Below, piece after piece: positions 21,105-31,185 of a stretch of DNA of 64,000 nt. Location of the stretch: the NCBI GenBank assembly GCA_963777605.1, contig CAVZRV010000006.1, positions 107,648-171,647 on the forward strand, written 5' to 3'. The notes beneath the pieces were generated by a model. The model saw nothing but the letters and a program-made list of their open reading frames with translations, was not told where the DNA came from and made no database searches. The translations under genes and the position numbers were made by a program. This stretch comes from an uncultured Acidobacteriota bacterium. Its GTDB lineage: Bacteria; Acidobacteriota; UBA6911; RPQK01; JAPXNP01. Position 1 is the first letter of the stretch; each line of letters opens with the position of its first letter.

Positions 21105-24100
21105 ATGCGCGCTGAGGGTTTGGTTCGAGTCAACCTTTTGATCATGACCGTCTTGCTGGCCTGTTCCCAGGGCCAGGCAGCCACGACGCTCAATTTCCCC
21201 AGGGTATCGTTCGACCCCAACACCCTAACCGGAGTCGCATTCGTGAATCCCACGGATCAGACTGCAACCGTTCAGGTGGTCGCGTACGGAGAAGATGGCA
21301 AACCCGTTACGGGAGACGCGTTCGCGAACCCGGCCGAGTTGACGATCGCACCTTACCGCCAGGAAGCGCGTCTCCTGAGTGAAATCTTCAGCGGATCCTT
21401 CCCATCCGACCAGGTCGCGTGGATGGAGGCAACCAGCAGTGTCGACGGAATCACTGGCTTTTTTCTCTACCTCGACCCCTCGCTTTCCTTTTTCGACGGA
21501 GCGGACCTGCCTGAGACTCAGCGGAAAATTGTCTTCAACGAGGTCCGCTCGGACGATTCATCTTCGACTGAGCTAAACGTTTTCAACCCCAACCCGTCGC
21601 CGACGATCCTCACCCTGACCCTGTTTCGCCCCAATCTGGCGCCACTCACACTGAACAATCCGATCAACCTGGCCGCCCACGGTGTGACCCGCTTCGACGC
21701 CGGTTCGGTATTCGGGCTCGATTCGATTCCGGTGGGCAGTACCCTCACCGTGGTCGCATCTGCCCCGGTCGGAGGTTTCGAATTTGTCAGGTTCCCGGGC
21801 CAGGATCTGGTGGGACTGAACGCCAAACCGGGCACCGAATCCCTGTCTGCACTCTATTTTCCTCAATTGGCGGTGCTTGGCCCCTGGAAGACGGAACTGG
21901 GTGTCGTCAGCTATGCCGAACAGCCTTCCATCCTCACCATCTCGGCATACCGGGGAGACGGGTCCCTGTACGCGGAGCCCGATTTGATCGGGTCCAATCC
22001 GGTGACGCGAATCCTCCCCGCGGGCCAGACGATGCTGGAAGACATCTCGACCCTCTTTCAGTTCCCCGGAACCGAAACCCTGACCGGGTGGCTCAAGGTC
22101 GAATCGACCTCCGATGCAGTCAACGGGTTCATGTCTTACGGGATTCCGATCGCCGGCTCCCGAGCGGCCGTTGCCGCTCAGGGCATCCCTCGGAAAATTG
22201 CCCTCTTCTCTCACATTGCCACAGCCTTCGGCTATTTCACCGGGGTCGCGTTGTTGAATCCGGGCACGATCCCCACCAACTATCGGGTGATCGCATTTAC
22301 GAAGGAGGGGGCTCAGATCGGGACTTACGAAGGGCTGCTCCGACCCGGCGAACGGGTCAGCCAGCTCATTACCGAGATGATCGAAGGAACCGCGGCTCAG
22401 AGTTCGGGATTCTTTATTGTCGTTGCCGAACAGCCCATCTACATGAGCTCACTCTTCGGAACTTCGACCGTCCTGGCCAACATTGCTCCCCAGTCCAGTT
22501 CGGCGCTGGACGGAAATACGATCGGAGGCCAGTCCTCGACAGTGACTCCCCATCTGGCCGTTGTCAGACCGGGTGCCTCGTTCCAGTTCCAGGCTTCCGC
22601 CTTCACCATCGACCCGGTCTGGAAAGTCGAGAGCTTGCCGGGCGGTGATCCGGAGATTGGAAACATCTCCCAGAGTGGTCTCTTCACCGCTCCCTCTGCT
22701 GCTCCCGACCTTCTTCCGGTGACCGTGTCCGCCGAAAGCGAAAACCAGGTATCCGGGGCGGCAGCGGATATTCTCGATCCTTCCGTACTCCTCCGGGGCC
22801 AGGGAACGGTTCTTTCGGTGGCTTACCTCCGCAACCTGAAGCGACTCTATACCGCCGAACTCAGCGCACAGGCCATTCAAGCGACGAGTTCCGGGCAGTC
22901 CCCGGCAGCCGACCCGCCCACCAGCCGAATCGTTCGGGTGTTTCCCGGAGCCGCAGTACAGCGGGCGGAGTTTCAGGGGGAGCGCATCTCCAAGATGATT
23001 CCCTACACGGCCTCGAACGGGACGGAGTTTCTGCTGTTTACGGCTAACTCCAGCGGAAGAGTCATTCGGCTGAACCCGGATACCGGGGAAATTCGTGATG
23101 TCATTACCGGTCTGAACGCTCCCTCTGCCCTGGTGCTCGACCCGGTGGGCGGGAACCTGCTTGTGGCCGAGCAGAATCAGATCCGAAGCTTCCCTCGACC
23201 TCTCCTGGAAGGTGACCTGCCCGCTCAAAGTCAGACCGATATTGCAGCTCAACGATCCTCGACGCGACGGCCCGTCGCGGGTTCGGCTCAGGTGGTCTCC
23301 GGGCTCGTCTCACCCCAGGGCCTCGTCGTCGATGCCTGTTCAGGCCGACTCTATTTCAGTGACGCCGGCTCGGTCGTGGAGTTTGATCGGCTGACCGGTC
23401 AGTCCCGCATCCTTGTCAATGACCTCGAGGCTCCCGGGCAACTGCTTGCGATTTACCGTTCCGGGCAATCCTGCCCTTCCGCGTTTCATTTGCTCGTCTC
23501 AAATCCCGGGGGAGAGTCACCAATTCTGGTAGTTCCCTCCGAGGACCTGGTCCTGCCGTGGGTGGGTCTGCCGGATACGGCGGACCTGGCATTCGTCCCT
23601 AAAGACAGTTCTCTCGGCACCGCCGAATCAGTCCTGCTCGGCGAAGTCGATGGAAGCAGCGGACAGGTTGAACGCGTCCGGGTTTCCGGACTCTATTCCG
23701 ATCATCCGACCAACCCGTCTGGTGCCATACCGGCGCTGGACTTTGCCGATCCACTCGGAGACACGTTCGGAAGCGGAACCTATCAGCCGGACGCGTGGAG
23801 CGTCACGACTTTCTTTTCCGAGCCCTCAACAACCCAGAACAATGCAGCGCTCGTGTTCATGCAGGGCGACTCCACCAGCAACGGGAACGAGATCGTCTCG
23901 GGATTGAAACTGACCTTTCGAAATCATGTGAGCCCTGCCGGGAGCGGACAGGAGGACGACCTGTTCGGCTGGATCGATCTTGATACGGACCAGGATCCCC
24001 TGACGGGCCGGACTTCGTACGTCGACGAGCGGACCAACTATTCCGCCGGGATTGGGAGTGATTTCATCCTCGACTTCGGAGGCTTCAGCTCTGGTGACGG

Positions 24101-24335
24101 GACGATCCCGCTTCTGCAGGTCGTGGGAGAAAGCCTGGAAGAGGTCGCTCGCATTCGAGTCGCTTTCGTGGATGAGCCTGATTTCGGCGGCACCAGCGTC
24201 CTGCTCGATTTTCACATTGACGATATCGATCCGGACGGCCGAGCCAACGTGGCGATCCTGGTCGGGACCGCCGAGGAATCCACCGACGCCATCCCGAACG
24301 GAGGTTATCTCAGCTCCGGTTACTCCGCGCCCTGA
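21105..24335 (+). CDS. large secreted multidomain protein (repeated beta-sandwich units, beta-propeller-like region)
   Basis: Signal peptide; repeated units starting LNFPRV / LYFPQL / LFSHIA with TGVA..NP and GW..V.S; NHL-like GLNAPSAL and GLVSPQGL; RBS GAGGAG. Confidence 0.85.
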   Translation: MRAEGLVRVNLLIMTVLLACSQGQAATTLNFPRVSFDPNTLTGVAFVNPTDQTATVQVVAYGEDGKPVTGDAFANPAELTIAPYRQEARLLSEIFSGSFPSDQVAWMEATSSVDGITGFFLYLDPSLSFFDGADLPETQRKIVFNEVRSDDSSSTELNVFNPNPSPTILTLTLFRPNLAPLTLNNPINLAAHGVTRFDAGSVFGLDSIPVGSTLTVVASAPVGGFEFVRFPGQDLVGLNAKPGTESLSALYFPQLAVLGPWKTELGVVSYAEQPSILTISAYRGDGSLYAEPDLIGSNPVTRILPAGQTMLEDISTLFQFPGTETLTGWLKVESTSDAVNGFMSYGIPIAGSRAAVAAQGIPRKIALFSHIATAFGYFTGVALLNPGTIPTNYRVIAFTKEGAQIGTYEGLLRPGERVSQLITEMIEGTAAQSSGFFIVVAEQPIYMSSLFGTSTVLANIAPQSSSALDGNTIGGQSSTVTPHLAVVRPGASFQFQASAFTIDPVWKVESLPGGDPEIGNISQSGLFTAPSAAPDLLPVTVSAESENQVSGAAADILDPSVLLRGQGTVLSVAYLRNLKRLYTAELSAQAIQATSSGQSPAADPPTSRIVRVFPGAAVQRAEFQGERISKMIPYTASNGTEFLLFTANSSGRVIRLNPDTGEIRDVITGLNAPSALVLDPVGGNLLVAEQNQIRSFPRPLLEGDLPAQSQTDIAAQRSSTRRPVAGSAQVVSGLVSPQGLVVDACSGRLYFSDAGSVVEFDRLTGQSRILVNDLEAPGQLLAIYRSGQSCPSAFHLLVSNPGGESPILVVPSEDLVLPWVGLPDTADLAFVPKDSSLGTAESVLLGEVDGSSGQVERVRVSGLYSDHPTNPSGAIPALDFADPLGDTFGSGTYQPDAWSVTTFFSEPSTTQNNAALVFMQGDSTSNGNEIVSGLKLTFRNHVSPAGSGQEDDLFGWIDLDTDQDPLTGRTSYVDERTNYSAGIGSDFILDFGGFSSGDGTIPLLQVVGESLEEVARIRVAFVDEPDFGGTSVLLDFHIDDIDPDGRANVAILVGTAEESTDAIPNGGYLSSGYSAP

Positions 24336-27178
24336 GAAACGAGCTCCGGGTTTCTTGGCAAGCTGAGCAGATTGGCGATCAGGCGATAGGCTCCCGGAAC
24401 TCCTTCGGGCAGCTGGCGGTAGAACGCGTAGGCGCAGTACACATAGATTCCTCGACCGTAATGGGCGTAGAGGAAGCCGCCTGACTGCGGATCCTGCCCG
24501 GGATCATGGGTTTCGACCAGCGCCTCGTAGTGGGCGTCCCAGGACCGCATGAACTTTGATCCCCGCTGCTCGATCCAGCCTGCGAAATCATCCGCCCCGA
24601 TCCGGTTGGGCCAGGTCAAAGCCGGGTTTTCGGGCTTCAGGATCTCGACCGGAGAACGCTCATCGGTCACTTCCTCGGGATTTCGCCCCATCTCATAGGG
24701 ATAGGGGCCGAAGTTTTCGTCATATTCGGGAGTGTTGTATTGGACCACCACCACTCCGCCGTTCTTCACGTAGTCGAGCAGTCGCCCGTTGTGGGTCTTG
24801 AGAGCCGGGCGCGCGGCGTAAGTTCGAACACCCAGGAGGATGACGTCGAAGCGGCTGAGGTCTCCCGACGCCAGGTCCTGGTCACTCAGAAAGGTGACCT
24901 GGATACCCAGGTTGGTCAGGTATTCGGGAACGGAGTCCCCGGTCCCGGTGATGTACGCGACGCTCAGGTCTTTGGCAACTTTCACGTCCACGCCCCGAGT
25001 CTCGTAAAGCGCAGGTCGGTAGAGGTTGTAGGGCCTCAATCCGGGGTAACCAGCCTGCCGCAATCCCTCGCTGTACTCACGTCCATCGTAGGTGGCGACG
25101 GCACGAATATCATAGGCCCGATCCTCCACGCCTGCCGGGAATACCCGAAAGGCGATTCGGTCTTCTTCACCGTCCCGAGCAGTCTGGTAACGCGCCGACT
25201 CCGGTTCGGCTCGCCACCCCTGGGGCAGGCTCAACCTCAAGTCGCCCTCCGCGGCCCCTTTCACGTTGCTGCCCACGGTGACCATCAATTCGAACGACTC
25301 TGCGCCAAATGGCACCACTCCCCGGCCCGGAGACACGGCAACCGAGACAGGGGGCCCGACCACGAGTGGGTTCATGACGGCACCCAACCCGGTGACCCTC
25401 TTGAGCGTCTGAACCACCTGCCCGGTTTCCAGCTTGACACCCCGGTAGTTCAGAGTCAGCCGAGCGGCAAGTGGGTATGGCCGGTGTGAGCGACCCAGAA
25501 ACTGCGTCTCTTTCACGTCGTAGTAGGCCTGTTCAATTCCCGGGCGGGTGAAGTAGGGGCGGGTGTAGGTCGGGTTGGAGGGCACCTTGACTTTGAACCG
25601 GACGTCTTGTGGGGTGTTCTCCGCCAGGTCCCGCGGAAACTCCGCCGAGGTCTCAATCTGCCAGGGAGAGGAATCGGAGGCAACCAGCTCGACTCGGGCC
25701 AGTTGTACCGGCTCGGAGGTCTGGTTGGTCACCGATACCTTGACCTGGAACTCCAGGTCCGGAATCGCCAACTGGAAGGTGTCTCGCATCCGGCGGAACA
25801 TGGGGCTCCCCTCGGGTTCATCCGGGCTGACGACGGCCAGGGCCGACACTCCGAGCGCCTCCAAAAGTGCTTCGTTGAACTGCTTTTCCTTAACTCGGAG
25901 CTCAAACACCACGTCCATCCGGGCCGGCTGTGGCAAATCGGATGCCTCCACGCTGGAGATCAGCGCACGGGTGGCGGTCAATCCTTCCGCCAGCACGGGG
26001 CCGACTCGCCCTGTTTCCTCCGCCGAGAACTCGTTCAGAGCGCGATCGACCAATTCCTGAATCTGTTCCAGGCCCAGGAGAAGAAATGACGGCGGGTTGT
26101 CGCCAGCCAAACCGGAGATGCCCTTGAGAGTTGTGTCGATGCCATCGAAGAGCCCTGCCTCGGTTTCCCCCGACTTGACCCGCGAGCCGAACCGATAGTA
26201 GTCGGACGAAAAGCTCCCCGCCGGGGGAACCGAAGCTCCCCCGTTTTGACATTTCTGCAGTCCGAGCCCTTCCCGGGAAATCTGCAGGAAGTTGAATCCC
26301 AGCAGCGGGTCATAACTCCCGGACTCCACCTTCACCGTCGTCGGCATGCCGCCGTCGGTCCAGGTATTCGCGACGTAGTTCTGGAAACCGGCCGGAGACC
26401 ACTTCTGCGTTGCGTAGTTGTACAACCCTTTCGGATCGAGGCTTCCTTCCTTGAGGGACGAGGGGACCCGGGCGTACACCTTGAGCGGGTTCCAGGGCCT
26501 CAGTCCCTCTTTGAGTTGCTCCGGGTAAACGGTTGGATCCCCGGCCAGCCGGAAGGCTTCCTGGGCGAGCTGACCGGTCGTCTGGTGGTTTCCGTGCCCG
26601 TCGGTCGCCCCTCCAACAAACACGGAGGTCAGGACCAGTGGCCTTGTCATGCGGATGACCCGGACGACGTCGGAACGCACCCGGTCATAGCCCCACTCGT
26701 CGAAAGCCTCCTCCCTGGTTTTCGAAAAGCCGTAGTCGGTCGCCCGGCTCCAGTACTGAGAGACACCATAATAGCGGTCGGCAGCGAGCAACTCCTCCGT
26801 CCGCACCAATCCGAGGGCATCGAAAAAGTCGTCGGACATCACGTTGGCCCCGCCCTCGCCCCGGGTCAGGCAGAGAAGACCGACTCGCGCTCCGTTACCC
26901 CGTGATTCCAGAGTCAGCAGACCACCGTCCTCGTCATCGGGGTGGGCGGTGATCATCAGCAGACTGGCCCGGGTCCCCAGCTTACGGAGGCTCTGGTAGA
27001 GGCCCACCGCTCCCCGGTCGTAACTCAGAGGCGTCGCGAATTCATCGGGTTCAATGGTGGTTTCGGGGTTCCCTGGGAAGCGTGTCTCGTTTGCAGCAGA
27101 CAGCGCAATCGAGCCGGCGATGACCGCCGGCAAGGCAACGGAAATCCAACCCCATCGTGGCACGTATCTAAGCTTCAT
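24320..27178 (-). CDS. PIG-L/LmbE-family deacetylase with C-terminal Ig-like and glutamine-amidotransferase-like domains
   Basis: AHPDDE, TRGEGG, RTEEL, DYGFSK, HGNHQ; C-terminal DVILLGVR..GGVVVVQY; signal peptide. Confidence 0.92.
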   Translation of the reverse strand: MKLRYVPRWGWISVALPAVIAGSIALSAANETRFPGNPETTIEPDEFATPLSYDRGAVGLYQSLRKLGTRASLLMITAHPDDEDGGLLTLESRGNGARVGLLCLTRGEGGANVMSDDFFDALGLVRTEELLAADRYYGVSQYWSRATDYGFSKTREEAFDEWGYDRVRSDVVRVIRMTRPLVLTSVFVGGATDGHGNHQTTGQLAQEAFRLAGDPTVYPEQLKEGLRPWNPLKVYARVPSSLKEGSLDPKGLYNYATQKWSPAGFQNYVANTWTDGGMPTTVKVESGSYDPLLGFNFLQISREGLGLQKCQNGGASVPPAGSFSSDYYRFGSRVKSGETEAGLFDGIDTTLKGISGLAGDNPPSFLLLGLEQIQELVDRALNEFSAEETGRVGPVLAEGLTATRALISSVEASDLPQPARMDVVFELRVKEKQFNEALLEALGVSALAVVSPDEPEGSPMFRRMRDTFQLAIPDLEFQVKVSVTNQTSEPVQLARVELVASDSSPWQIETSAEFPRDLAENTPQDVRFKVKVPSNPTYTRPYFTRPGIEQAYYDVKETQFLGRSHRPYPLAARLTLNYRGVKLETGQVVQTLKRVTGLGAVMNPLVVGPPVSVAVSPGRGVVPFGAESFELMVTVGSNVKGAAEGDLRLSLPQGWRAEPESARYQTARDGEEDRIAFRVFPAGVEDRAYDIRAVATYDGREYSEGLRQAGYPGLRPYNLYRPALYETRGVDVKVAKDLSVAYITGTGDSVPEYLTNLGIQVTFLSDQDLASGDLSRFDVILLGVRTYAARPALKTHNGRLLDYVKNGGVVVVQYNTPEYDENFGPYPYEMGRNPEEVTDERSPVEILKPENPALTWPNRIGADDFAGWIEQRGSKFMRSWDAHYEALVETHDPGQDPQSGGFLYAHYGRGIYVYCAYAFYRQLPEGVPGAYRLIANLLSLPRNPELVSQGAE

Positions 27179-27225
27179 CAGACCTCCCCCGAAACATGTC
27201 GAATCAGATTCGATCCCTCGTTCGA

Positions 27226-27304
27226 AACGCAAGGGCGCCAAGACCGCCAGGGTCCTTTTGGGTTCAAGAGAAGAAAACCTTTGCGCCTTGCTGTCTTGGC
27301 GGTT
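27226..27304. repeat. REP-like imperfect palindrome (CGCCAAG-type units)
   Basis: AACGCAAGGGCGCCAAGACCGCCAGGG ... CCTTTGCGCCTTGCTGTCTTGGCGGTT, intergenic within an operon. Confidence 0.6.
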
Positions 27305-27338
27305 CAATCCAACGTGGATATCCTCCCCGAACGCCCCC

Positions 27339-28730
27339 TCATCCTTGCACCTCACGTTGTCCTCTTGACCGCAGGAAGAGGAAGTAGGCGGCGACCGATG
27401 CGCCCAGGAACGCGGCCGAGAAGATCACGCCCGCCATTGGGCCGGTGAAGAAAATATAGAGCCAGAGTGCGAGCGAGATCAATGCCGGGAACGGGTAGAA
27501 CCACATGAGGAAAGGATGCGGAATGTCTTTCCGATAGCGATGAAGCAAGATCACGCCCAGGCACTGCCAGATAAACCGGAGCAGTATCTGCACCTGAATC
27601 AACCAGCTGACCAACTGACCAAGCGTAAAGAAGCAGAATGGCAGAGAGATCACTCCGAGCGTGATCAACGAGACGTAGGGGAAATGCTTCGTCGGGTGGA
27701 CCTTCGCGAACACTGCAAAGAAGTCCCCGTCCCGGGCGGCCGCAAAGGGGATTCGCGAGTATCCCAGGATAACGGCATAGAGCGACGACGCCGCCACGAA
27801 AAGGATCAATCCCGTCATGACGATGCCCGCAATGTGCCCGACCTCCGGGTCGGTGAAGGTCCTCGCGATGAAAACCGAGGCGACGGTCCGGGTCTGCTCG
27901 GCTTCCTGCCAGGGAATCATACCAACGATGACCGTGCTCATCAGGATGTAGAGCGTCGCCACCACAAAGATTGCCAGGACGATAGATCGGGGAACGACTT
28001 TGGTCGGGTTCTTGATCTCCTCGGCAATGTTGCAGACCTGGTTGTAGCCACCGTAACTGTACATGGCCAAAACCGAAGCCGCGCCCAGGCTGTAGATCCA
28101 TTCACTGTCGATCCGAAAGGCATGCTCGGGAAAGGTAAAGGCCTGCGCAGGAGAGAAGTTGAACAATCCGGCGATGATCACCCAGCCCACCGTCACCAGG
28201 ACTCCACCCAGCATCACGACAGCTAATTTTCCGATCGACTCGATGTCCCGGTACAGCAGTGCCGTCATCCCCAGGCAGACGAAGGCAGCTACCAGGTTGT
28301 GCTCGAGCGGCGACATGGTGGACCAGTAGAAGCCGAGGTAGTCGGCAAACCCGACGGCGCCTCCGGCAATCGAGAGGGGTGCGACCAGGATGATCTGGAA
28401 GATGAAGATGAACGCCATCATTCGCCCGATCCCAAATGGCTTGTAGGCTTCGCGCAGGTAGAGGTAAGGGCCGCCGCTGCCGGGTATTGCCGCCCCGAGC
28501 TGCGCGTACACCAGACCGTCGCAAAGGGCCAGAAAGGCTCCAGCCACCCAGGCGTAGATGATGTGCGGCCCGTGCATGGCCGCGATCATGAAAGGAATAG
28601 TCAGGAAGGGGCCGACCCCGACCATCCCGATGATGTTCGTGGCCGTGGCCTGCAGTAACCCCATGCCCCGCTCCAGGTGCGGGGACTCGTCCAACGGTGT
28701 ACTCAATTCAGCCGCACTTTCCGAGTTCAT
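27339..28730 (-). CDS. APC-family amino acid permease
   Basis: GMVGVGPF, LGAAIPGSGGPYLYLREAY, YSYGGY..AEEIKNP, SRIPFAAARDG; about 12 TM helices. Confidence 0.93.
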   Translation of the reverse strand: MNSESAAELSTPLDESPHLERGMGLLQATATNIIGMVGVGPFLTIPFMIAAMHGPHIIYAWVAGAFLALCDGLVYAQLGAAIPGSGGPYLYLREAYKPFGIGRMMAFIFIFQIILVAPLSIAGGAVGFADYLGFYWSTMSPLEHNLVAAFVCLGMTALLYRDIESIGKLAVVMLGGVLVTVGWVIIAGLFNFSPAQAFTFPEHAFRIDSEWIYSLGAASVLAMYSYGGYNQVCNIAEEIKNPTKVVPRSIVLAIFVVATLYILMSTVIVGMIPWQEAEQTRTVASVFIARTFTDPEVGHIAGIVMTGLILFVAASSLYAVILGYSRIPFAAARDGDFFAVFAKVHPTKHFPYVSLITLGVISLPFCFFTLGQLVSWLIQVQILLRFIWQCLGVILLHRYRKDIPHPFLMWFYPFPALISLALWLYIFFTGPMAGVIFSAAFLGASVAAYFLFLRSRGQREVQG

Positions 28731-30019
28731 GGAACCCCCAGATCCGATAACAATTGACTTGCTGTTTCAAGGTCCGTCACAAGAGGATTGGCGGCCAGGG
28801 CCCGGCGGCAACTCTCCACGTCGCGCTCGTGCGAGGCGACGATGGTCAGTCGCTCGTAGTGCTTGATCCGCTCGATGAGTTCCCGGGTGTGGGAAGGAAC
28901 CGGCGGAACGCTGAGAGCGAGAGCCCCGCTGCAGTTGACGACGCAGGGGACCTCGATGATGTCGTCATCTTCGAGGAAGGGGAAATTGCCCCGGTTCCGG
29001 ACATTCAGTGGAATGATGGCGCCGTTGTTGAAGTGAATGGCCGACACAACGGCCATGGCGATGCGGTCGTAGCCCGTGAGGACGCCGGAAGAGCCGGCAG
29101 GCCGCCGCTCGGCACCGGTCTCCACCTCCATATAGCCGGCGTCCCGGGCAGCAAGGTAGCTCCGGTAGGCACCAGCGCGATCGACTCCGGGACGGCGCAG
29201 CTCCTCGAGGAGCCGGCGATTCAGCCCGGCGATGATCTCCCCTCGCGAGGACCCGGCTTTTCGAAGATTGGCAAGGGCCCGATCGGTCCGGTAGTAGTAA
29301 TAGAGGTACTCAGTCGGAAGCAGCCGTAATTCCTGGAGCCGGGAGGTTTCGAACAGGGGCGCACGATAGACTCGTTCCAGGCGCTCCCGATCATCCCAGA
29401 TCGCGTCCAGAATCGGGTTTCCCCGATGAAGGACCTGGCGAAGCCAGCCAAGGTGATTCAGTCCGAAGAAGTCGAAGTAGCAGTCGTGCGAAGAGACACC
29501 CATCACGTGGGCCACCTCTTCGAATAGTTCGGTCGGCGTGTCACAGATCCCGATGATGCGGTATCGCGCCGCTTCCTGGACCGCCTGCGTGATGATACTG
29601 ACCGGGTTTGTGAAATTGATGATCCACGCCTCAGGCGCGTGTCGGGCAACCTGGGTCACGATCTCGAGCATCGCCGGAATCGTGCGGACGGCCATGGCAA
29701 AACCGACCGGGCCCACCGTTTCCTGCCCAACAACGCCGCGCTCGAGAATCGTCCTCTCATCGCGGGCTCTTCTCTCGATTCCTCCGACCCTGATACTGAC
29801 GAAGACAAAGTCTGCTCCGGAGACGCAGTCGGCTATTTCCCTGTGACGAGTTACCAGGAGGCCCGGCGCCATATCCTGGGCCAGCCCCCCGATCAGTTCG
29901 AGCCGATCCTGGTCGACGTCGTAGAGAGCGATTTCCTCGAGCGGCAATCCTGACTCCGCCAAACCCTGGACCAGCAATGGGCACCGCGCCCCGGCCCCTC
30001 CAATCAACGCGATCTTCAT
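28727..30019 (-). CDS. family 4 glycoside hydrolase (6-phospho-beta-glucosidase-like)
   Basis: KIALIGGAG, GQETVGPVG, INFTNP, IGICD, GLNHLGW; 4-bp overlaps with both neighbours. Confidence 0.94.
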   Translation of the reverse strand: MKIALIGGAGARCPLLVQGLAESGLPLEEIALYDVDQDRLELIGGLAQDMAPGLLVTRHREIADCVSGADFVFVSIRVGGIERRARDERTILERGVVGQETVGPVGFAMAVRTIPAMLEIVTQVARHAPEAWIINFTNPVSIITQAVQEAARYRIIGICDTPTELFEEVAHVMGVSSHDCYFDFFGLNHLGWLRQVLHRGNPILDAIWDDRERLERVYRAPLFETSRLQELRLLPTEYLYYYYRTDRALANLRKAGSSRGEIIAGLNRRLLEELRRPGVDRAGAYRSYLAARDAGYMEVETGAERRPAGSSGVLTGYDRIAMAVVSAIHFNNGAIIPLNVRNRGNFPFLEDDDIIEVPCVVNCSGALALSVPPVPSHTRELIERIKHYERLTIVASHERDVESCRRALAANPLVTDLETASQLLSDLGVP

Positions 30020-30897
30020 AAGAGTTCCTCCCGCTTCGGGAGACCGTCGAGGCCCCCGGCTCTCAGTGTCGATAACGCCCCCATCCGGTTACCCTCGGTC
30101 AGGCAACACTCGAAGTCTTTGCCGTTCAGAAGTGCTGCCAAAAAAGCGGCATTGAAAGCGTCGCCGGCTCCGGTCGGATCAAGTGCTTTCACAGTTAGCG
30201 CTGGGACCGCGATCGTCTCCTTCGCCGTAACCAGCCGGGAGCCTTGCGCCCCCAGCTTGATCACCGCCTTCGACGCGTGACCCCGCCAGAACTCCTGTGC
30301 GTTCAAGAGCGTCGCTGCTTCTGAATAGAGTAGTGCCTCGGCTTCGTTGACAAACACAAAATCCAGTACCTTCAACAGTGAATGGAATCCGGGATCGCGG
30401 ATGAGACCTTCGTTCCACCCGAAATCCCATGACGTCGTCCGGCCCCGCCGACTGGCCGCGGCCACAATTTCCGCCCACAGCCCGCAGTCAGCGGGGTAGA
30501 AAGCGAAGTGGAGATGCCGTCCGTCGGCACGCCGAGCCGGGCCCTGCAGTCTCTCCTCCAGAACGTCGTTGACGCCATTGTACGTGACGAACGTTCGTTC
30601 CGCACCAGTGGAAAGTGCCGCACTGATCGCGTGAGGTTCGTTGGAACGGCGGACATTCCGCACCGTGATGCTCTCGCTCCGCAGTCGCCGCACCGCCTCG
30701 CGGCACAACCCGCTGATCACCAGGCAATTCAGCCCCAGACGTGAACCCGCGACGGCCGTGATCATGACGCCGCCGCCGAAGGTTCTCACGAACTCGCCGG
30801 TCTTGAGTTCTTCGCCCAGCCCGGGGAGGCGGGGAAGGTTGAGAAAAATGAGATCTTCAAATGATTCGCCGATGGCTACCAAATCGTATTTTGGCAC
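30016..30897 (-). CDS. PfkB-family carbohydrate kinase
   Basis: FVNEAEA, KLGAQG, DPTGAGDAFNA. Confidence 0.93.
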   Translation of the reverse strand: MPKYDLVAIGESFEDLIFLNLPRLPGLGEELKTGEFVRTFGGGVMITAVAGSRLGLNCLVISGLCREAVRRLRSESITVRNVRRSNEPHAISAALSTGAERTFVTYNGVNDVLEERLQGPARRADGRHLHFAFYPADCGLWAEIVAAASRRGRTTSWDFGWNEGLIRDPGFHSLLKVLDFVFVNEAEALLYSEAATLLNAQEFWRGHASKAVIKLGAQGSRLVTAKETIAVPALTVKALDPTGAGDAFNAAFLAALLNGKDFECCLTEGNRMGALSTLRAGGLDGLPKREELL

Positions 30898-31185
30898 CCC
30901 GGGAAGATACCACAGCCAATCCGACCTCCCGCAATGCCCGTCTCGATCAGGAGTTCGAACCTGGCTCGAGGTCGGGGCTCGTCGACGTTCCAGACACCTG
31001 GTTGAGGCGGAAGGTCCCCATTTATGTCAACTTAGCTTCAACACCACCGGTGGATTGGCCAGTGGGCTGACCTGATGGATTTCGAGGTAGACACCGTCCT
31101 GGATGATGAGGAGGTCGCCCAAGTCCTTCGGGACAGCTTAGGTTAGGCAGTTTTTCTCTGTACAGCAGGACAGACCTGTGCTTCC

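Noticed and set aside
30900-31145. Possible small gene remnant (..FEVDTVLDDEEVAQVLRDSLG)
   Set aside because: Too short and fragmentary to assign.
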